DNA of 64,000 nt from Candidatus Hydrogenedentota bacterium (lineage in GTDB: Bacteria; Hydrogenedentota; Hydrogenedentia; Hydrogenedentales; JAEUWI01), in contig JAXMOL010000001.1 in the NCBI GenBank assembly GCA_034669905.1, positions 64,001-128,000 of the forward strand, in the 5' to 3' direction. Positions 43,349-52,940 of this stretch are shown piece after piece (the stretch's first letter is position 1; each line of letters begins with the position of its first letter). The notes under the pieces are model-generated. The model saw only the letters and a list, made by a program, of their open reading frames with translations, ran no database searches and had not been told where the DNA came from. The translations under genes and the position numbers were made by a program.

Positions 43349-46300
43349 TCAGGGAATCGTGGTGGGGTCACTCGGATCAAAACACGTCAGGTTGCCCCGA
43401 ATGGTCGCTTCCGGGTCCGCGCTGCTGATTTCCACGTAGACCCCTTCCGAATCGAGTAGTAATGCGGCATCCTCTGGACCGAAGCCCACCCGAATCGGGC
43501 TGGTCGCCGTACCCAGGTCAATTTCCACATCGCCGGTCTCGCCCGGTGCACCCAGATGGAGGGTGGCCGACAGGGCATCGGGCACGTCATGGACGATGTG
43601 AATCCGTACGCCATCCTCCTCGGTTCCGTCAAAGACGGTGAAGAGTCCCAGACCACGAAAGTCGTTGTTCGTAGGTGGCACGACGTCCCCGCCACTGAGG
43701 AAGGAGTCACACACGATGGGCGCGGGCTCGTTGGGGCTGAAGCAATTGAACTGGCCCCGAATTTCCCCATCGACATGGGGGATGCTTGAAATCTGGACAT
43801 AGAGGCCAAAACCCCGATTCTCGCCCAGTAAGGCCAACTCTTCGCGGGTCAACATAACCTCAATGGGGCTTTCCGGGTTGCCCAAATCGACCAGAATCTC
43901 CCCGTCTACACCGGGGAATCCGACGAGAATCGCAGCGTCCAGGGCATCTTCGATGGTGTGTTCCAGATACAGGAAAGCACTCAGCCCCGTCCCATCAGCA
44001 TCACGAAGAATATCCAGATAGGCAAAACCTTCGGCATCGGTCTCGACGGGTTCAAAGAACTGGGTGCCATCGAGGTAGGTATCGCAGCCCAACACCAGGT
44101 CACCGATACCGATACCGAGAATCGTTTCCAACTCCACCAGGTCCACTTCACCGTCCCCGTTCAGGTCCAGTAAGTCGAACTCCTCGCCGAGCAACATGGC
44201 GATGGCTTCCTGGGCTTCTTCCAGGCTGAGGCTTCCGCTCATGTCGGTATCGAGGTCCTCAAAGTCGGGATAGAGGGCGTCTGCGATGGCGCCCACGCGT
44301 GGCGTTCCCGACCCGGGCACACCCCGACCGGCGCAGTCCAACTGTCCCCGAATTTCCCCACCGGGGAAGCTGGCACTGTGAATGTTGACGTAGAAATCCA
44401 TGCCGTTCGAGCCATCAAAGAGGATATCCAGGTCTTCTGGCGTGAGGTCAATCTCGATGGGACTGGTGGGATCCCCCAGATTAATCACGACCGGACCATT
44501 CTCTTCGGGGCCACCCGTGTGGATGTGGGCCGCCGAAACATCGGCCACCGAGTGTTCAACGAATAGTTTGGCATGGACGACCCCCGTGAACTGGTTTTCG
44601 AAGACATCCAAATAGGCAAAACCCGTGGCTTCACTCTCGTTGGGCGGGTTCGCCTGGTCGCCACTCAGCGCCGTGCCGCAGGAACTCACCAGCACTTCAT
44701 CGAAGAAGAAGCAATCCAGCTGACCACGGATCTCACCATCCGGGAAGGACGGGCTGTGAATGTTGAAGTACGCTCCCCCTTCCAGCGCGGCGAGGAGTTC
44801 TTCCAGGTCGTCCCCATCAACTTCCACCTCAATGGGGCTGGTCGCATCACCGAGATCGAAGATAACGTCGCCGTTATCATCCGGTCCTCCCCCGTGGATA
44901 TGGGCCGCCGTGGCACCGGACACACTGTGCTCGATGAAGATTTCCGCCTTCAGCGCGCCGGTGAGGGGGTTGCTGACAATGTTGAAGAAGGCACTACCCC
45001 GCGCGCTGCTCGCGTTGGGCGGCAGCTCCCGGGCACCGGCGAGGTCGCTGGAGCAGCCGCCAATGAAGACTTCCTGCTCGAAGTTCAGGGCAGCGATGAG
45101 CTCGTCCTCATCCAACACCCCATCCCCGTTGGTATCGAGTTCATGGAAGACATCTTCGGTGAACCCGGGGTCAAACTCCTGAATCTCGGCAAGACTCAGT
45201 CCGCCGTCTTCATCCAGATCCAGGGAGACGAACAACTCGAGCAAGTCACTGGCCAGCTCTTCGAAATCGCCCTCGGGATGCTCCACTTCAATGCATTCGA
45301 GCTGACCACGAATTTCCCCGCTCGGGAAGGCCGTGCTGTGCACGTTCACATAGATGCCTGTTTCCAGGGCACCGAAGAGGGCCTCAATCTTGGCCTCATC
45401 CAGTTCCACCTCGATGGGACTCGTGGGGTCACCGAGCTCGAACAACACGGAGCCCGATTGACCGGGCCCCCCGGTGTACACGAAGGCGGCGGTCGGATTA
45501 TCCACATCGTGCTCGATAAGGATGCGGCCCGTGCGGGCACCGACGAGCGCGGAATAGCGCACTTCCAGGCGCCCATCGCCCTTCGCCGTGCTGCTATTCT
45601 GCGGCACAATGTTTGCCCCTTTCAGGTCGAAGTCACACTCCGTCAGGAGGATGTCGTCGTCGAAAAGGAAGCAATCCAACTGCCCGCGAATCTCCCCGTC
45701 AGGGAATTCGGGGCTGTGAATATTGACATAGACACCCGAGGGCTTGGCCTCGAGGAAGGCCCGCAACTGTTCGCCGCGCAAGACCACTTCAATCGGCGAT
45801 GAAGCGTCGCCCAAGTCCACCACGACGTCACCGTTTTCTTCGTCACTGCCGATATGGAGGTGGGCACCCGTCGCGTTCTCGACGTTGTGTTCAATATAGA
45901 CCCGGGCACGCTGCTCCCCACTGAAGGCATCGGAGAGCAGGTCGATGAAGCCCCACCCATCGCGATCGCTGTCATTGGCGGGAATCTCCTGATCGCCAGA
46001 GAGGAAGACCTCACAACCACCCAGGTAGATATCCGTTTCGATCCCCAGGGCCAGTAAGAGCTCACGCTCTGTCAGGCCACCATCCGCCTCGTCGTCGAGG
46101 GCGTTAAAGATGGCCGCTGTAATGGGGCTGTCCGCCAACTCATCCAGGCTCAACGCCCCGTTGCCATCGGTGTCCAGTTCTTCGAAGCGGTCCAACAGAG
46201 TACCGGCAATCCGGCCGAGGTCCCGTTCGTCGCCCTCTTCACCTTCCTCTCCCCCATCATCACCGTCTCCCGCAGGACATCGGAAGGCGCCACGAATTTC

Positions 46301-49300
46301 ACCGTTCGGATGGCTGGTGCTGTGCACGTCGACGTAGACGCCACCCAATCGGGCCTCTTCGAAGCGTTCGAGTTGCTCCTCGTCAAAACGCATTTCGATG
46401 GGCTCGCCGTCGGCACCGACCTCCAGCTCGAAAAGAATTTCGCCGTTGGTGCGGGGTTTACCCCGGTGGATGTGGATGGCGGTCACGTTGTCTACGTCAT
46501 GTTCCAGGAACAAATGACCCGTGGTTTCACCGGTCAACTCGTTGAAGAGTACGTCGAAATAGCCATTGCCGAAGGCACCACTGTCGGTCGCCGGGCTCAC
46601 CTGTTGACCATCCAACTGCACGTGGCACGAATCCACCACGAACTCGTTGAAGAGATAGCAGAAGAGATCGCCGCGAATTTCACCCATGGGGAAGTCGGGG
46701 CTGTGGATATTGAAGTAGATTCCTGTTTCCTGATGGCTCAGCAGGGCTTCTACCTGTTCCTCATCCAGCGCCACTTCAATCGGGCTCGTGGGTGCACCGA
46801 GGTCCACCAAGACGTCGCCATTTACCCCGGGTGCGCCGGCATGAATGTGGGCGGCCGTGGCATTGCGCAGGTCGTGCTCGATGAAGACCTTGCCCGACAC
46901 CTCGCCCGTGAAGGGGTCCACGAAGATATCGACGAGACCAAAGCCCCGCTTGCGACTGCCATTGGGCGGCACTTCCTGGCCACCACCCAACTGGGTATCG
47001 CAGCCACCGAGGAAGACATTGTCGTCGATTCCGATAATGGTGCGCAGTTCATCTTCGGTGATGACGCCGTCTTCATTCAGATCCAGTTCGGCGAAGAGTT
47101 CGGCATCCACGTCGGTGAATTCCAACTCGTCCAGGTCCAGACCACCGTCTTCATTTTCGTCGAGGAAGAAGAAGTCTCCAAAGAGCCGGTTGGCCAGCTC
47201 TTCCAGCTCTTCACCGGGACGCCCGGCACACAAGAGGGCACCGCGAATCTCGCCATCCGGGAAGTCGGTGCTGGCCACCACCACGTAGAGTCCCTTTTCG
47301 CCGTTGCGGAACAGGGAGTCGACCTGCGTGGCGCTCAACTCCACCTCAACGGGTGAGGTGGCATCACCGAGGTCAATCAGCACGTCACCCTCTTCACCGG
47401 GCATTCCGATGTGGAGCGTCACGCCCGTGGCATTGTCTACCTCATGCTCCAGGCGGAATTTCCCGCCCAACGCACCACTCTGGCCACTCAAGGACACCTC
47501 AATGGTGGCGAAGCCGGTGGCCTCAGAGCCGCTGGGCTCGGTGAGTTGGTCCCCATCCAGGGGGATATCGCAGACGTCGAGAATGGCTTCATCGATGAAG
47601 TCGCATTCCAACGGGCCACGAATCTCTCCATCGGGAAAGGCGTCACTGTGGATGTTTACATACAGGGAAGTTTCACTGTTCAGGATGAGGTTGGCGAGTT
47701 GGGCATTCAGCTCGACCTCAATGGGACTGGCCGCATCGCCCAGTCCAATGAGCACATCGCCATTTTCACCCGGACCGCCGATATGGATATGGGCACCCGT
47801 CGGATTATCGACATCGTGCTCAATATAGACCATGCCCCGTTTGCGATTGGTCAGCGTGTTCTCGAAGATGGCCACGTAGCCTTCACCAACGGCTTCGCTG
47901 TTATTGGACGGCACTTCATTTTCGCCGGTCAATTCGACTTCGCATTTACTTAGTTCAATCTCCGGGTCAAAGCCCAGGGCCTGGAGCAGTTCGGCCTGGG
48001 TCAATTCCGTGTCTTCTTCGATGTTCAGGGCATCAAAGGCTTCCTGCGTCGCGTCGGGGAAGCGGGCCTGAATCTCCATGAGACTGAGGCCACCGCTGCC
48101 GTCCGTATCGAGGCGCATGAAGGAATCCAGGAGATCGTCCGCCAGGTCGGCCGGATCGGTTTCCGGTGTTTCATCGAGACGACAGCGGATGGGACCGCGA
48201 ATCTCGCCATTGGGGAAGCGTTCGCTGTGCACATTCACATAGAAGGGACCCGTGGAAGGATCCAGATAGAATCCCAACGCTTCTTCCGTGAGGCGTACGC
48301 GAATGGGGCTCTTCCCATCACCGAGCGCCAAAACGACAGGTCCGTTTTCCTGCGGCGTACCCTGGTGGATGTGCGCCGCCGTGGGATTTTCCACATCGTG
48401 GAAAATCGTGAGTTCACCGGAGAGACTGCCGGTCAACTCGTTCTTAATGATTTCAATGCGGCCTTCACCAAAAGCAGGACTGTTGTTGGCCGGCTTTTCG
48501 TTGCGTCCGGTCAGTTCCAATTCGCATACATCTAAGACAAACTCATCGAAGAAGAAGCAATCCAACGCACCGCGAATTTCTCCGGCGGGGAAACTATCGC
48601 TGGCCACTTGAAGGTAGAGTCCCTCTTCCAGCGCATCCAAGAGCCGGTCCACGTCCTCTTCTTCCAATTCGAATTTCATCTCGATGGGACTTTGCCCATC
48701 GCCCAGATCGAAGATAACTTCGTCCGTGGCGGCCGCGCGCAGCGTGGCACCCGTGGCGCCCTGAACGCGGTGATCGATATAGATCTTCGCTACCGTCTCA
48801 TCGGTAAACAGGTTGCTAAACAAATCCACCACGCCCCGACCTGTGGCCGTGCTGATGGTGGGCGGATCGACTTGATCGCCGGTCAGTAAGACGTCACATC
48901 CGCCGAGGAATACCAGGGGGTCAAAGCCCTGGGACAACTCAATCTCTTCACCATCGATTTCGCCATCCCCGTTCATGTCGATGGCGTCAAAGAATTCTTC
49001 CTGGAAATCTTCGAGTTCGGCCAGAATCTCTTCCAGCGTCAATACGCCATCTTCATTCGCATCCAACAGGAGAAACAATTCCGCCAGGGTTTCGGCGGCC
49101 GCTTCCACGCCTTCGGAACCCGTTTCGGCGGGATTGAACGAGCCACCGATCAGCCCATCCGGCGCGGCTTCCGTGGTAATGATAATATCCGCGCCCAGCT
49201 CGTAGCGCGCAAAGAATTGGTCCAGCGCATCATCATCGAGTGTCACTTCCAGGGGGCTGGTGCCGTCGCCCAGATCGATACGATCGCCTGCTTCCGAGCC

Positions 49301-50494
49301 ATCACCCAGGAGCAGGAAGGCCCCCGTCGGTGCGCCCATATCGTGCCGCGCCGTCAGCACGCCTCGGACCCGACCGGTTAACTCGTTGAGCAGTATTTCC
49401 AGACGGGCCTCACCGGTGTCTCCACTCCCGGAGGGGGGCTCCACGCCGTCGCCGTCCAGTTCGGCTTCAAAGACTTCGATTAACAGTGCGCCAAACAGTT
49501 CGCATTCCAGCTGACCACGAATCTCGCCGTCCGGTGCTGCTTCCGTCTGTATTTCGGCGTAGATGCCGCCTTCGGCGTTCTCCAGCAACAACGCGAGCAC
49601 CGCGTCGGTCAGATCGACTTCAATGGGACTCGTCGCCTTACCGAGATTGATCAGGATATCCCCCACTTCACCGGGGGCACCGGCACGCAAATAGGCCGCT
49701 GACGGACTCTCCACATCGTGGCGGAGGAAAAGCTTGCCCCGTTTTTTCCCATTGACCGGGTCAACGAGCACCTCGATTTCGCCTTCACCGATAGCCGCGC
49801 TACCGCTATCCGGAACGACCTGATCCCCGGTCAGCGTGATGAAACAACTTCCCAGGAAGACCTCACGGTCGAGTCCCAGCTGGTTGAGGAGTTCTTCCTG
49901 CGAAATGATACCGTCCCCATTGGTATCCAGCATGTCGAAGAATTCATCGGAGAAATCGACAACCCGCTCCATGGCTTCCTCGCGGGATATACCGTCGTTG
50001 AAGTCGGCGTCGGCCTCGTCGAAGTCGCCCAGCAGGGATTGGGAGAGGGAGCGCAGCGTTACTTCGCCTTCGCCTTCGCCTTCGCCTTCGCCTTCGCCTT
50101 CGCCTTCGCCTTCGCCTTCGCCTTCACCTTCACCTTCACCTTCACCTTCGCCTTCACCTTCGCCCTCACCTTCGCCTTCGCCTTCACCTTCACCTTCACC
50201 TTCACCTTCGCCTTCACCACCCACGCCCGCGGCCGCATCCAACTCGGCGGAGGATAGTAGGCCATCGTTGTTGGAATCGATAGCATTAAACTGCGCTTCC
50301 GTCAGGGCACTATTGGCGGCCTGGGCCTCCTGAAACGACAATTGGCCGTCACTGTTGGTGTCGGCCGAAGTAAGTTGGTTGCGCAGGTCAGAGGCGACCT
50401 CTTGCAGGGTTGCCGCAGGGGGTTCGCAGCCCGAAAAGACCAGCACGCAGGCGAGTCCCAGGAAAAGTACCTTGGTCAGGAAATGCAGTTTCAT
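43349..50494 (-). CDS. giant acidic lipoprotein with 14 CHRD domains and 16 EF-hand-like loops
   Basis: Lipobox FSGC, DxNxDG..S..E loops, repeated L.G.QEVP...AAHIH...YVNIHS..FP.GEIRGQL (CHRD). ATG follows GGGAGG. Confidence 0.88.
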   Translation of the reverse strand: MKLHFLTKVLFLGLACVLVFSGCEPPAATLQEVASDLRNQLTSADTNSDGQLSFQEAQAANSALTEAQFNAIDSNNDGLLSSAELDAAAGVGGEGEGEGEGEGEGEGEGEGEGEGEGEGEGEGEGEGEGEGEGEGEGEGEGEGEVTLRSLSQSLLGDFDEADADFNDGISREEAMERVVDFSDEFFDMLDTNGDGIISQEELLNQLGLDREVFLGSCFITLTGDQVVPDSGSAAIGEGEIEVLVDPVNGKKRGKLFLRHDVESPSAAYLRAGAPGEVGDILINLGKATSPIEVDLTDAVLALLLENAEGGIYAEIQTEAAPDGEIRGQLECELFGALLIEVFEAELDGDGVEPPSGSGDTGEARLEILLNELTGRVRGVLTARHDMGAPTGAFLLLGDGSEAGDRIDLGDGTSPLEVTLDDDALDQFFARYELGADIIITTEAAPDGLIGGSFNPAETGSEGVEAAAETLAELFLLLDANEDGVLTLEEILAELEDFQEEFFDAIDMNGDGEIDGEEIELSQGFDPLVFLGGCDVLLTGDQVDPPTISTATGRGVVDLFSNLFTDETVAKIYIDHRVQGATGATLRAAATDEVIFDLGDGQSPIEMKFELEEEDVDRLLDALEEGLYLQVASDSFPAGEIRGALDCFFFDEFVLDVCELELTGRNEKPANNSPAFGEGRIEIIKNELTGSLSGELTIFHDVENPTAAHIHQGTPQENGPVVLALGDGKSPIRVRLTEEALGFYLDPSTGPFYVNVHSERFPNGEIRGPIRCRLDETPETDPADLADDLLDSFMRLDTDGSGGLSLMEIQARFPDATQEAFDALNIEEDTELTQAELLQALGFDPEIELSKCEVELTGENEVPSNNSEAVGEGYVAIFENTLTNRKRGMVYIEHDVDNPTGAHIHIGGPGENGDVLIGLGDAASPIEVELNAQLANLILNSETSLYVNIHSDAFPDGEIRGPLECDFIDEAILDVCDIPLDGDQLTEPSGSEATGFATIEVSLSGQSGALGGKFRLEHEVDNATGVTLHIGMPGEEGDVLIDLGDATSPVEVELSATQVDSLFRNGEKGLYVVVASTDFPDGEIRGALLCAGRPGEELEELANRLFGDFFFLDENEDGGLDLDELEFTDVDAELFAELDLNEDGVITEDELRTIIGIDDNVFLGGCDTQLGGGQEVPPNGSRKRGFGLVDIFVDPFTGEVSGKVFIEHDLRNATAAHIHAGAPGVNGDVLVDLGAPTSPIEVALDEEQVEALLSHQETGIYFNIHSPDFPMGEIRGDLFCYLFNEFVVDSCHVQLDGQQVSPATDSGAFGNGYFDVLFNELTGETTGHLFLEHDVDNVTAIHIHRGKPRTNGEILFELEVGADGEPIEMRFDEEQLERFEEARLGGVYVDVHSTSHPNGEIRGAFRCPAGDGDDGGEEGEEGDERDLGRIAGTLLDRFEELDTDGNGALSLDELADSPITAAIFNALDDEADGGLTERELLLALGIETDIYLGGCEVFLSGDQEIPANDSDRDGWGFIDLLSDAFSGEQRARVYIEHNVENATGAHLHIGSDEENGDVVVDLGDASSPIEVVLRGEQLRAFLEAKPSGVYVNIHSPEFPDGEIRGQLDCFLFDDDILLTECDFDLKGANIVPQNSSTAKGDGRLEVRYSALVGARTGRILIEHDVDNPTAAFVYTGGPGQSGSVLFELGDPTSPIEVELDEAKIEALFGALETGIYVNVHSTAFPSGEIRGQLECIEVEHPEGDFEELASDLLELFVSLDLDEDGGLSLAEIQEFDPGFTEDVFHELDTNGDGVLDEDELIAALNFEQEVFIGGCSSDLAGARELPPNASSARGSAFFNIVSNPLTGALKAEIFIEHSVSGATAAHIHGGGPDDNGDVIFDLGDATSPIEVEVDGDDLEELLAALEGGAYFNIHSPSFPDGEIRGQLDCFFFDEVLVSSCGTALSGDQANPPNESEATGFAYLDVFENQFTGVVHAKLFVEHSVADVSAAHIHTGGPEENGPVVINLGDPTSPIEIDLTPEDLDILFDGSNGMDFYVNIHSASFPGGEIRGQLDCAGRGVPGSGTPRVGAIADALYPDFEDLDTDMSGSLSLEEAQEAIAMLLGEEFDLLDLNGDGEVDLVELETILGIGIGDLVLGCDTYLDGTQFFEPVETDAEGFAYLDILRDADGTGLSAFLYLEHTIEDALDAAILVGFPGVDGEILVDLGNPESPIEVMLTREELALLGENRGFGLYVQISSIPHVDGEIRGQFNCFSPNEPAPIVCDSFLSGGDVVPPTNNDFRGLGLFTVFDGTEEDGVRIHIVHDVPDALSATLHLGAPGETGDVEIDLGTATSPIRVGFGPEDAALLLDSEGVYVEISSADPEATIRGNLTCFDPSDPTTIP
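50063..50218 (-). repeat. coding hexamer tandem repeat, 26 x GGYGAR = (GE)26
   Basis: TTCGCC/TTCACC array of 156 bp. Confidence 0.95.
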
Positions 50495-50724
50495 TGTCGA
50501 TCCTCCCACGCCGAGTCCCATAAGTGACGTGTTTTGGCCATCAGGCCGTTTACAGTCTCACTCAATCTCCGGAATCACGCCCGTATACCCCACGCCCCAC
50601 GTGAGATATACCGTACAATACTGCACGCTGTTTCCAAATTAACCGATAGGAGCAATTCTGTCAAGAGTTTTCTAGAGTAAGGAAGAAGGGCCACGGGGAT
50701 ACGGCGTGTCCGGGCTCGGAAGCC

Positions 50725-51594
50725 CTATTGGAGGTAGGAGGGACCGCCCAGATTGTGCATCTGGCCAAGCACCCAGGCCTGGCGCTCACGCAGGTACTCG
50801 GTCGGTTCGAGTGGGGAGCGGGCCCGCGGTGCCGGGAGGACGGTGACGAGCAGGGCGCTCTCTTCGCGGGTCAGTTCTATCGCGGTCTTGCCGAAATAGT
50901 GGCGTGCCGCCGACTCGACCCCATAGATACCGGGACCGAATTCGGCCACGTTGACATACATTTCCAGGATGCGTCGCTTGGGCCAGCAGACCTCGATAGC
51001 CACGGTGAAGTAGACCTCCAGGCCTTTTCGTATCCACGAGCGATTGGGCCAGAGAAAGAGGTTTTTGGCCACCTGTTGGCTGATAGTGCTCCCACCCCGG
51101 AGGTTACCGCCATCGAGATGGGTCTCAATGGCCGCCTGGATCTGTTTTACGTCGAAGCCACGGTGCTCAAAAAAGAGTTGGTCTTCCGCCGCCACCACAG
51201 CCAGCAGGAATTCGGGGGAAATCTCGTCGTAACTGCGCCAGCGGTTGCGGATATCTTCTTCTTCCTGGAAGTGGCGCAGGAGCATGAGGGGCGTCGCGGG
51301 CGGATTCACAAAGAGATAGGCAAGCACCCAGCAGCCCGTAATGGTCACGAAGATAAGTCCGAAGACAAATCCGGCCTTGAGTCCAAACACGAGTGCGCGC
51401 TTGCCGCCCAGGGAAGGCATGGACCGGCGCGGCCCCGACGAAAGGGGTGCGGAATCCCCTTTTTTTCCGGTAGCAGGGGCCTTTTTGGCGGTGCTGGCCT
51501 TTTTCTTGGCAGACGCCTTCTTTTTCGCAGCAGGCTTCTTCGCCGTGGCTTTCCGCTTGGCACGGGGTTTCTTTTCCGCCGCCTCGGGGCTCAT
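50725..51594 (-). CDS. mtgA: monofunctional biosynthetic peptidoglycan transglycosylase with Lys/Ala-rich N-terminal extension
   Basis: AAEDQ.F..H.GFD, RGGSTISQQVAKNLFLW, RKGLE, KRRILEMYVN.AEFG.GIYG. Confidence 0.93.
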   Translation of the reverse strand: MSPEAAEKKPRAKRKATAKKPAAKKKASAKKKASTAKKAPATGKKGDSAPLSSGPRRSMPSLGGKRALVFGLKAGFVFGLIFVTITGCWVLAYLFVNPPATPLMLLRHFQEEEDIRNRWRSYDEISPEFLLAVVAAEDQLFFEHRGFDVKQIQAAIETHLDGGNLRGGSTISQQVAKNLFLWPNRSWIRKGLEVYFTVAIEVCWPKRRILEMYVNVAEFGPGIYGVESAARHYFGKTAIELTREESALLVTVLPAPRARSPLEPTEYLRERQAWVLGQMHNLGGPSYLQ

Positions 51595-51613
51595 CGTCTG
51601 GATCCCTTGCGGC

Positions 51614-52108
51614 CTACCATTGGTAATTCCACTGGACGGGCCAGTTCTTGCAGTCGGCCGTGCCGTAGAAACGACCGGTATTGGAATCGAGAATCGTGAC
51701 GTGACGCCGGCCGGGCTTTTCCTGGTAGGTGGCCCAGAAGCCCGTACCGGGCTCGAGACGTCCGGAGTGGAAGCGCTTGGACTTGGACTGGAACCACTTG
51801 AGCATTTCCTGGGCCCGCACGACCCGCCCGGCACCACAGGTGCAGCGCTCGGTAATCAATTCGGAATCGAGTAATTCGGTATAGCCCGCGCGAATGAAGG
51901 CGTCGGAGAGGAAGTGGGCGCAATTGTTCGATTCCCGGTCGCCGCCGACGCAGGTCTGGGTGTAGGCCATGGCCACTTCTTTGAGGGTGGGCTCGAAATT
52001 GGCTTGGGCACCACGAAGGTCCCGGTCATGATGGCGCCTGGCGCAACCCGGTACTATTGTCATCACCAGGGCGAGCAAAAGGGGGAAAATAAACGTGCGG
52101 TTAAACAC
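51614..52108 (-). CDS. small lipoprotein with papain-like Cys/His motif (Tae4/NlpC-P60-like amidase candidate)
   Basis: Lipobox VPGC, NNCAHFLSDAF..AG and later GRRHVTIL. Confidence 0.6.
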   Translation of the reverse strand: MFNRTFIFPLLLALVMTIVPGCARRHHDRDLRGAQANFEPTLKEVAMAYTQTCVGGDRESNNCAHFLSDAFIRAGYTELLDSELITERCTCGAGRVVRAQEMLKWFQSKSKRFHSGRLEPGTGFWATYQEKPGRRHVTILDSNTGRFYGTADCKNWPVQWNYQW

Positions 52109-52257
52109 CGGAGGCCTTCCTGCTTTTAATACGGAGAATACTTACTTTCGACAAGCAATTATAGCAGAAAGCGGGGCGATACGTCTAAATATTGTATCTG
52201 TGAGCCCTGATAGATACAACCCCTAGACACGGAGGGCTTGGGGTGGCGCGCTTGGTG

Positions 52258-52940
52258 CTGACCACGGAATGGGCGCGGTGTTGAACCACGAATGGACACG
52301 AATTAACACGAATAAGGGATTTCGGGGCCACCCCGCTGGGAAATGCTGATTTTCGCAGACGAATGGATTAATTGAGTCGGTTGAATCGGTGATTACGTCG
52401 GCCGGAATCGCGTCGCGGAAATTTTTTTCCCGTGAATTTCCGTGCTTTCCGTGGTCAACTTACAAAACGATTTCTACCACGGAATGCACAGAAGGGCACG
52501 GAAAAACTTTCTCTTCGAACACGTGCAAGAGCCCGTTACGATCACATATACATCCCAAAACTATTCGTGTTGATTCGTGTCCATTCGTGGTTCAACCTCC
52601 CCTTTTTTCCGCGTGGTCAGTGGGCTGCCTCTGCTTCTGGCGCCGCCTCCCCGCGGGGAAAGGCTTATTCTCGTGGAGGAATGGATTAATTGAGTCGGTT
52701 GAATCGGTGATTACGTCGACCTGCATCGCGTCGCCGGAATTGTTACCTTCCGTGTATTTCGGTGGATTCCGTGGTCAATTTATAAAAACGTTTCTACCAC
52801 GGAATACACGGAAGGGCACGGAAAAACCACGGTGGAAACGGTTACCCACCTCACCATGAATTGACTCACGTATCCATTCCAAAACTATTCGTGTTGATTC
52901 GTGTCCATTCGTGGTTCAACTTCCCCTTTTTTCTGCGTGG
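52258..52940. repeat. composite REP/MITE-like region with inverted repeats and a ~320-bp imperfect tandem duplication
   Basis: 35-bp GTTGAACCACGAATGGACACGAATYAACACGAATA forward at 52280 and inverted at 52562 and 52886; identical 40-bp block at 52361 and 52679; internal TTCCGTG/CACGGAA inverted arrays. Confidence 0.88.

Noticed and set aside
49718..50333. (FA/FT)n, (SP)n and (KA/KV)n low-complexity ORFs
   Set aside because: Alternate readings of the (GE)26 hexamer tract.
52389..52859. 156-aa ORF in the repeat region
   Set aside because: It is a translation of the repeats (TTECTEGH, IRVDSCPFVV) with no RBS and no protein-like composition.
52258..52940. CRISPR array
   Set aside because: Only two long imperfect units plus inverted copies; no regular repeat-spacer periodicity and no cas genes.
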